Below, one piece after another: positions 26,425-32,000 of a stretch of DNA of 32,000 nucleotides (position 1 is the stretch's first letter; every line of letters starts with the position of its first letter). The notes under the pieces were generated by a model. It made no database searches. It worked only from the letters and a program-made list of their open reading frames with translations, and was not told the origin of the DNA. The translations under genes were made by a program, and so were the position numbers. Source of the stretch: an uncultured archaeon (GTDB taxonomy: Archaea; Iainarchaeota; Iainarchaeia; Iainarchaeales; CSSED10-239); NCBI GenBank assembly GCA_964463155.1, contig CAYXAY010000002.1:1-32000 (forward strand), in the 5' to 3' direction.

Positions 26425-28392
26425 TTAATTTAATTTGTCTTTATTTACTTTGTAAACTCTTACATCTCCTGAAGAATATGCTAAATCAACTATTGGCTCT
26501 AATGTCTTGTCCTTAAACCATATTCTTGTAAATATGGTTTTGTTTGTTGCTGCGTTAAACAAATATATTTTAGAATTGTCCTTTTCCTTATAAAGATAAA
26601 CCGGAATGCCATTCATCACTTGGTCAGGGGTTGTGTGATATTCTGTTTTTATTTTGTTAAGCTCTGACTCTGGAAAAGAATTTCCTTGGCAGTTATAGCT
26701 TACGGCACCTGTTATTGGTGTTACTTGCTTGTAACAGTTCATAGAGATTCCATAATATTTTGTTATCCTTGGATCAGAAAAGTTTGTTGTCCAATAGCCA
26801 TAGATTGCAAATGAGCCCATTCTTGTAAGATATGAAGACTCTACCATTATATAGTCTGAATCGTATTTTTTTAATATTTGTTTTGATTGGTTAATGTCTT
26901 CAGAAATCATAAACAACCCAAAATCACTTGTTGCTTTTGCATCAGAGTTGGTATTGTCGGTGCTTATTTTTCTTTCTGAGAAATATGCTATCCAATGTCC
27001 TTGATCCCACCAATTGAATATCTTGGCATCAGTTGGAGTATTATCATAAACCCAAAACATTGCGTTTTGCCAATTCTTTTCCTCGTGGATTGGAGGGACC
27101 TTGCTCATTACAAAGAAAGTTCCAGCAGCAATTGCTCCAATCAAGAAAATTGCAGAAATTATTACAAATGTTCTTTTAAGATTAATAGATTTGTATTCAA
27201 TATTTTCTGTAGCCCAGAAAAACAAGAAACCAAAACCAGCAGCAATTGGAAGACCAAGAGTGTAAGTAAACTTTAGCTTTGTCCATGCCATAAATCCTGT
27301 AATTAATATCCAGTAAAAGATTATCAAAACAAAGTAATCAATGTTATTATGCTTCTGCTCCTCATGGTCCTTTTCTTTGTTTTTGTATTTGCCAAAAATG
27401 AAATAAAATGGTATTACAAGTAAAGCTAAAAATGGAATAACCACCAAAAGACTATACTTTTCAAGGAAGAACTGTTTACCGGTGTTTTCTTCACCAACTG
27501 TTGCTCCAATAACATCTTGTTCTTCAACAAGAGTTTTATTCACTCTTCCAATATTATCTTCTGAAACTGGGAGATAGTTTGTAATATATTCTGAAGTTCT
27601 GTTGATCCAACCCGTGCCATTATAAATTGTTGTCGAAATTGAAAATAATAAAAAACAAAATAAAAATACTTTTGAAAAAGCAAGTATTTCTTTTTTGTGT
27701 ATCTTCTTTAGCCACATATAAATTAACATAGTAAAGAAATACGCTAACAAAACCAAAGGAATTAATAAAAACATATTCCAAGTTATTGCCATGAGCCAAA
27801 AGAAAAAAGCACCAATTATTGAATAAATTATCCAGTTAAGAAGTTTGTGCCTATTTTTTATTGCAATCACAAAGAAAATAAAACCTAAGACTAACCATAA
27901 GAATCCTAAAGAATCCTCTTCAAAGAATCCTCCCATTGTTCTATAGACAAAAGCAGGAACTGTTGCTGCCATTACTCCCATAGCAACTCCTGTTTTTGTG
28001 TTGTACATTTCTCTACCTAAGAAAAACATAAACATTGCAATTAGTGCTCCAAATATTGCAGGAAGCCATCTTGCATAATCCATTAATAGCCATTTATCAT
28101 AAGCTGCACCAAAAGTAGTAAGTTTATACACGCCAGCCGTAAACTGCCACAAAAATTGTGGCCAAATATCATAAGTAGTTCCCCCTTGTTGATAAAATCC
28201 TAATGGGTCATTTGTTGGCAGATTGCCTTGAACAATATAACTTGTTGCTCGAAGATGCCAGTAAGGGTCAAACTCAAACATGTATTCATATCTTAGAATA
28301 TGTGCTCTAATCCCAAGACCCAAAACAAAAATCAAAACCGCAATTAGAATGACCCCCCAATATTTGGAAAAAAAATGTTTAATCTTATTCAT
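26425..28392 (-). CDS. aglB: dolichyl-(mono/di)phosphooligosaccharide-protein glycosyltransferase AglB (STT3 family)
   Basis: Polytopic N-terminal domain with EFDPYWH and EEDSLGF acidic motifs, and the WWDxG catalytic motif as NWWDQGHW (26998-27012). Short C-terminal soluble domain; 655 aa. Confidence 0.9.
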   Translation of the reverse strand: MNKIKHFFSKYWGVILIAVLIFVLGLGIRAHILRYEYMFEFDPYWHLRATSYIVQGNLPTNDPLGFYQQGGTTYDIWPQFLWQFTAGVYKLTTFGAAYDKWLLMDYARWLPAIFGALIAMFMFFLGREMYNTKTGVAMGVMAATVPAFVYRTMGGFFEEDSLGFLWLVLGFIFFVIAIKNRHKLLNWIIYSIIGAFFFWLMAITWNMFLLIPLVLLAYFFTMLIYMWLKKIHKKEILAFSKVFLFCFLLFSISTTIYNGTGWINRTSEYITNYLPVSEDNIGRVNKTLVEEQDVIGATVGEENTGKQFFLEKYSLLVVIPFLALLVIPFYFIFGKYKNKEKDHEEQKHNNIDYFVLIIFYWILITGFMAWTKLKFTYTLGLPIAAGFGFLFFWATENIEYKSINLKRTFVIISAIFLIGAIAAGTFFVMSKVPPIHEEKNWQNAMFWVYDNTPTDAKIFNWWDQGHWIAYFSERKISTDNTNSDAKATSDFGLFMISEDINQSKQILKKYDSDYIMVESSYLTRMGSFAIYGYWTTNFSDPRITKYYGISMNCYKQVTPITGAVSYNCQGNSFPESELNKIKTEYHTTPDQVMNGIPVYLYKEKDNSKIYLFNAATNKTIFTRIWFKDKTLEPIVDLAYSSGDVRVYKVNKDKLN

Positions 28393-28493
28393 TGAAAGTC
28401 AACTCTTATTTAAAAAATCTGTATAAATAATAAGAGCCATTATGTTTTTAAAAGAAATATATTTTAGAAAAAAATTAGAACTATAGAAAGAAA

Positions 28494-28525
28494 AGAAAAA
28501 AATCTTAATAGAATAAGCATTAAAA
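28494..28525 (-). terminator. T-tracts following the 5S rRNA
   Basis: On the minus strand, TTTT follows the 5S 3' end directly (28525-28522), and a T7 run lies at 28502-28496. Confidence 0.4.
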
Positions 28526-28641
28526 GTTAGCAACTAACTTGCTGCTCCAAGAATGAACTTAGTGCAAACAATGTCGGAGATGAACTTTACTTCTGGGTTC
28601 GGAAAGGGTCCAGGTGTTTCTCCATCCCTATGGTCGCTAAC
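28526..28641 (-). rRNA. rrf: 5S ribosomal RNA (stand-alone)
   Basis: Minus strand reads GTTAGCGACCATAGGGATGG...CCTTTCCGAACCCAGAAGTAAAGTT...GTTAGTTGCTAAC. Conserved CCGAAC and GAAGTAAAG elements are present. A 9-bp terminal helix I pairs GTTAGCGAC with GTTGCTAAC. Confidence 0.85.
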
Positions 28642-28663
28642 AAATAATTTATGGGCATAAAGG

Positions 28664-28672
28664 TTTTTAAAA
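28664..28672 (-). promoter_or_regulatory. TATA box for the 5S rRNA gene
   Basis: Minus strand TTTTAAAAA lies 23-31 nt upstream of the inferred 5S 5' end, which is the usual archaeal TATA-to-start spacing. Confidence 0.45.
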
Positions 28673-28680
28673 TGTTCGCT

Positions 28681-29223
28681 TTACTTCTCTTTTGTGCCAG
28701 CTAGAACCTTCTTTAGCTTGTTTAGCCCTTTTATTATGTCTTCTTCTGATTTAGCACCTGCACAGATTAGTTTTCCGTTTTTGAAAAGAAGCATTGTTAG
28801 TTTTGGATTGAATAGTCTAACAATTGCACCAGGAAACTGCTCTGGTTCGTATTCAATGTTATCAAGTGTTACTGCCGCGTTAAAAAGGTCAATTTGTTTG
28901 TTAAGGTATGATGTTGCAACTAGATTAACAATTTTGTAGCTTATTCTTTCTTTTAAAACAACTCCTTTTTGTACTTCGCCAATAATTTTTGTGGCTTTTT
29001 TTATTGCGGTCTTAATATCTTTCTCTGATGATGCTCCTGATATTATTATGTTTCCATTCTTGAAAAGAAGCAAAGAAACTCTTGGTTCGTCCATCTTAAG
29101 TATTGCACCAGGAAACTGCTCTGGTTCGTACTCTACTTCTGGTATTGCTGTAGCTAGATTATAAAGATCAAGACCAGCACCTAAAGAACTTGAAGCAACT
29201 AGATTAACAATTTTATATTCCAT
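28681..29223 (-). CDS. tbp: TATA-box-binding protein
   Basis: Two direct repeats, each with IVNLVA and YEPEQFPGAI. 180 aa. AAGGAGAT Shine-Dalgarno upstream. Confidence 0.95.
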   Translation of the reverse strand: MEYKIVNLVASSSLGAGLDLYNLATAIPEVEYEPEQFPGAILKMDEPRVSLLLFKNGNIIISGASSEKDIKTAIKKATKIIGEVQKGVVLKERISYKIVNLVATSYLNKQIDLFNAAVTLDNIEYEPEQFPGAIVRLFNPKLTMLLFKNGKLICAGAKSEEDIIKGLNKLKKVLAGTKEK

Positions 29224-29455
29224 TTTTAATCTCCTTTTAATTTTACAAAAAGCAAATATTTATATATAATATTAATATACCCAAGCATTTATAAACAAAT
29301 TTTTTAAATAATATTATTAACTACCCGTGGTTGTTTTGTTTGTTTTGCTAACTTTTATTAAACGGAAAGTTTGCGATTCCTTGTAAATATCAACACAATA
29401 TATAAGCCTTTTGTCTCAATAATTATATATAAACTAAATTAAAGGAAATGATAAA

Positions 29456-29770
29456 ATGGCAAACAAAAAAGCAAAAGGTAAAAGATCTTTGACAAGAAGA
29501 AGATATAAAAGAAATGTAAGAGACAAGACAACAGTTAATCAAATGATTAAACCAATAGTTATTGATGATGTTGTTCAAGTTAACGCAAACAGTTCTATTC
29601 ATTCAGGGCTTCCACACAGAAGAGCAGACGGGATTACTGGTAAAGTCGTTGGCTTTCAAGGAAACTGCCCTATTGTTCAGTTAAAGGATGGAAACAAGAC
29701 AAAGAAGATAATAACACACAGGGTTCATCTTAAGATTATCAAGCAGATTGCAAAAGGTGAAAAGAAATGA
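29456..29770 (+). CDS. rpl21e: 50S ribosomal protein L21e
   Basis: Basic N-terminus KGKRSLTRRRYKR and an SH3-like core. First gene of the conserved rpl21e-rpoF-DUF655-ksgA arrangement. Confidence 0.9.
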   Translation: MANKKAKGKRSLTRRRYKRNVRDKTTVNQMIKPIVIDDVVQVNANSSIHSGLPHRRADGITGKVVGFQGNCPIVQLKDGNKTKKIITHRVHLKIIKQIAKGEKK

Positions 29771-30099
29771 TAAACAACCCACCATCTGTTGATGACTTAA
29801 GTCTTTCTGAAGTTAAAAAAATATTAACAGAGAAAGGAAAAGACAAAGAGCTTAACTATGAGCAGAAGATGGCGTTAGAACATGCTAAGCAATTTGCAAA
29901 ATTAACTCCAGTAAAGGCAGAAAAACTAAAAAAAGAATTGCTAGAACTTGAGTTACCAAACGAAGTGGCTACAAAGATCGTTGATATCTTGCCAAACGCT
30001 GTTGAGCTTGACTTGATTGCTGAAAAAAACAAATCAATTGATGAAAGTAACAAAGAAAAGATATTGACATTAGTTAGTAAATATAAAAAAGAAGAATAA
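29767..30099 (+). CDS. rpoF: DNA-directed RNA polymerase subunit Rpo4 (RpoF)
   Basis: 110-aa helical protein in the conserved position after rpl21e. Its start overlaps the L21e stop (ATGA). Rpb4-like LSLSEVKKIL...ALEHAKQF. Confidence 0.75.
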   Translation: MINNPPSVDDLSLSEVKKILTEKGKDKELNYEQKMALEHAKQFAKLTPVKAEKLKKELLELELPNEVATKIVDILPNAVELDLIAEKNKSIDESNKEKILTLVSKYKKEE

Positions 30100-30104
30100 A
30101 AACC

Positions 30105-30635
30105 ATGATGGAAATAAAAAAAGAAGCAATTGTTCTTGACAGAGCAACAAAAGAAATACAATTTAAACAAACACCTATTATTCAGTGTATAGGTATTTCT
30201 AACTTTTCATTATTGGAATTGTATAGTGATGACACCCCAAAGCTTCAAGAAGTAATAAGTACAGAAGATAAGCCCGTTAAAAGAATAACTTACGACAAGC
30301 TTACAACTATAGCAAAAAAAGAACTAGAAAAGGCAGTTGAGACTATTATTAATAACAACCAGGAAAGATTTGTTTCTTTCTTTAATAATGCTAGACCAAT
30401 CAATGCTAGAAGACATCAATTGGATCTTTTACCAATGATTGGAAAAAAACACAGAATGGCTTTAATGGAATATCTAGAAAAGAACGGACCAATAAAGACA
30501 CTTGATGAACTAAAGCATGTTGAGCTGTTCCCTGACCCTATAAAAGTCATAGTCAATAGAGTGTTGATTGAAATAGATAACAAAAAAGATGAGAAATTTT
30601 TCTTGTTTACTGTTCCAATAATTAAAAAATTCTAA
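30105..30635 (+). CDS. DUF655-family protein (predicted nucleic-acid-binding, HhH-containing)
   Basis: ARRHQLDLLPMIGKKHRMALMEYLEKNGP is characteristic of DUF655, and the gene sits in the conserved position before ksgA. Confidence 0.75.
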   Translation: MMEIKKEAIVLDRATKEIQFKQTPIIQCIGISNFSLLELYSDDTPKLQEVISTEDKPVKRITYDKLTTIAKKELEKAVETIINNNQERFVSFFNNARPINARRHQLDLLPMIGKKHRMALMEYLEKNGPIKTLDELKHVELFPDPIKVIVNRVLIEIDNKKDEKFFLFTVPIIKKF

Positions 30636-30646
30636 TTTTTTTAAAT

Positions 30647-31453
30647 ATGATTAAAGATCTTTATTCACAAATGTTAAAATACAATTTCAAGCCTAGCCAT
30701 AAGCTAGACCAAAACTTCATTATTGATGATAATACTATTAAAAAAGTAATTGAGCTTCTAGACATTAAGAAAACCGAAATTATCCTAGAAGTTGGACCAG
30801 GCACCGGCTTTCTAACTAAGCATCTTCTTGAAAAAGCAAAGGGCGTTGTCGCCATAGAAAAAGACAAAAAGATGTTTGATATTTTAAAGCAAGAGTTTAA
30901 TGAAGAAATAGAAAATAGAAAACTTGTTCTCGTTAATGAGGATTTTTTAAAAATCAATCTTGAAGATTATAAGTTTACAAAAATTGCGACATTTTTGCCA
31001 TACTCTATATCTTTGGAGTTTACAGAAAAAATACTTTCCTGCAATCTCCTTGTTGTTGAGGTTGTTCAAAAGGAGTTTGCAGAAAAGCTGTCTTCAATTC
31101 CAGGTTTTATAAATTATAATGCAATTACTGCTTTAACCCAAAGCTATTATGAGGTAGAAATTAAAGGCAAGGTATCAAAGAAATGTTTCTTTCCAGTTCC
31201 TGCAATTGATTCTTCAATTGTCATGTTAAAACCAAAAAAGAAAGGCTTTGATAAAAGATACAATGACTTTGTTAAAGGTCTTTTTAGATATCCAAACAAA
31301 GATGTAAGTAATGCACTTATTCTTTTCTCAAGAGATCTAAAAGACAAAAACGTCTCTGACAAGGCAAAATCCCTTCTAGAAAAAATAACAAAAAAAAAGA
31401 TAAGACAACTTGAAATAGAAGAAATAGAAAAGATATATTCTGTGATTTATTGA
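30647..31453 (+). CDS. rsmA: 16S rRNA (adenine1518/1519-N6)-dimethyltransferase KsgA/Dim1
   Basis: LDQNFIID and the SAM-binding motif EVGPGTGFLT. Confidence 0.9.
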   Translation: MIKDLYSQMLKYNFKPSHKLDQNFIIDDNTIKKVIELLDIKKTEIILEVGPGTGFLTKHLLEKAKGVVAIEKDKKMFDILKQEFNEEIENRKLVLVNEDFLKINLEDYKFTKIATFLPYSISLEFTEKILSCNLLVVEVVQKEFAEKLSSIPGFINYNAITALTQSYYEVEIKGKVSKKCFFPVPAIDSSIVMLKPKKKGFDKRYNDFVKGLFRYPNKDVSNALILFSRDLKDKNVSDKAKSLLEKITKKKIRQLEIEEIEKIYSVIY

Positions 31454-32000
31454 TTATTTCTTCCAAACGATGTGTCCGTTTATGTTATTCTTTTCATAAA
31501 CTTTTAAAACATCTTCACAAAATTTTAATGGTTCTTTATCTTTGTTGTGTTTTGCTAATTCATAAAGTTTTATAAACATCTTTTTGCCGGTTTCTGTTTG
31601 TTTATAATATTTTTTCTGGAAATTGTGTTGGGCGCATAATGTTTGGCCATTAATTACTTCTGCTTTGCCACCTAATTCTTTGGGTTTTATATGATCTGCT
31701 TGTATTTCTATACCTTCTGCAGGACCACGCCCACAAATAACACAACGATATTCATCTTTCTTAAATATCTCTGCTTTTTGAGCAGGAGTAAAATCTTCTA
31801 ATTCTCTGTTATTAATAAATTCTGGATCAAATTTATAAATCCCTTTTGAGATTTTTATTAATTGCCCTTCTTGAGATAATTTTCGTATTGCTCTATCGGG
31901 ATCTCTAAATACTTTGCCTGTTCTTTTTTTATATTCTTTAGTAACCCAATCAACAATTTCTGGATGTTTAATGTCGCGTTTTGGATTTTTCTTAAAGTAC
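31454..32000 (-). CDS. HNH endonuclease with N-terminal winged-helix-like region (5' end beyond window)
   Basis: Not in the track. Hand translation of the minus strand gives ...KVFRDPDRAIRKLSQEGQLIKISKGIYKFDP...YRCVICGRGPAEGIEIQADHIKPKELGGKAEVINGQTLCAQHNFQKK...GHIVWKK*. This carries the CxxC...DH...N...H HNH signature. Its stop (31454-31456) abuts the ksgA stop. Confidence 0.75.
   Translation of the reverse strand, partial: YFKKNPKRDIKHPEIVDWVTKEYKKRTGKVFRDPDRAIRKLSQEGQLIKISKGIYKFDPEFINNRELEDFTPAQKAEIFKKDEYRCVICGRGPAEGIEIQADHIKPKELGGKAEVINGQTLCAQHNFQKKYYKQTETGKKMFIKLYELAKHNKDKEPLKFCEDVLKVYEKNNINGHIVWKK

Noticed and set aside
28404-28436. 8-bp inverted repeat CTCTTATT/AATAAGAG flanking the TATA-like GTATAAAT upstream of aglB
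   Set aside because: It is short and AT-rich, so it is likely to arise by chance in this composition. It is possibly a regulator site, but there is not enough evidence to report it.
29224-29455. Longest true intergenic region (232 nt), with a slightly GC-richer core (about 29322-29385), examined for a small RNA or tRNA
   Set aside because: Only 4-bp stems could be drawn and there is no cloverleaf or C/D-box pattern. The region is adequately explained as divergent tbp and rpl21e promoters with TATA-like elements and Shine-Dalgarno motifs.
1-32000. Scan for CRISPR repeats, IS elements, transposase or integrase genes, 16S/23S rRNA and long direct repeats
   Set aside because: None were seen. 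The only internal nucleotide repeats I could find are the tbp intragenic blocks. The 5S gene is not linked to other rRNA genes in this window.

Overview
Strongly AT-rich, very compact archaeal DNA, with only about 6% non-coding by my tally. TBP, Spt5, Sec61-beta/gamma, L21e, Rpo4, family-B polymerase, AglB and type-2 MetAP mark it as archaeal. The small-genome style suggests a DPANN-like lineage, which is inference only. Most of the window is housekeeping: glyS with tRNA-Thr and tRNA-Leu; an rbr-dfx-ogg oxidative-stress unit; ftsZ-secE-spt5-rpl11; map; an eIF-2B-like isomerase; polB and nreA; aglB-aglH; a stand-alone 5S rRNA; tbp; and rpl21e-rpoF-DUF655-ksgA. All three stop codons terminate confident genes, so the code is standard, and GGTGA/GGAGG-type Shine-Dalgarno motifs are common. 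The one clearly accessory region is an eight-gene plus-strand locus at 4083-12865. It ends in a FlaI/PilB-type ATPase and encodes pilin-like small proteins, coiled-coil proteins and very large sequon-rich surface proteins, one with a lectin-like domain. No platform protein or prepilin peptidase is visible anywhere in the window. This is my best candidate for an undescribed surface-filament or host-adhesion system. Three things are missing from the ORF track: secG (8454-8624), secE (17533-17712), and two edge-truncated minus-strand genes, one of them an HNH nuclease. Other oddities are PolB substitutions at the steric-gate Tyr and the motif-B Asn, a decayed GNAT pseudogene island, a tRNA abutting its neighbouring genes, and nucleotide-identical blocks between the two TBP repeats. 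I saw no CRISPR array, transposase or integrase.
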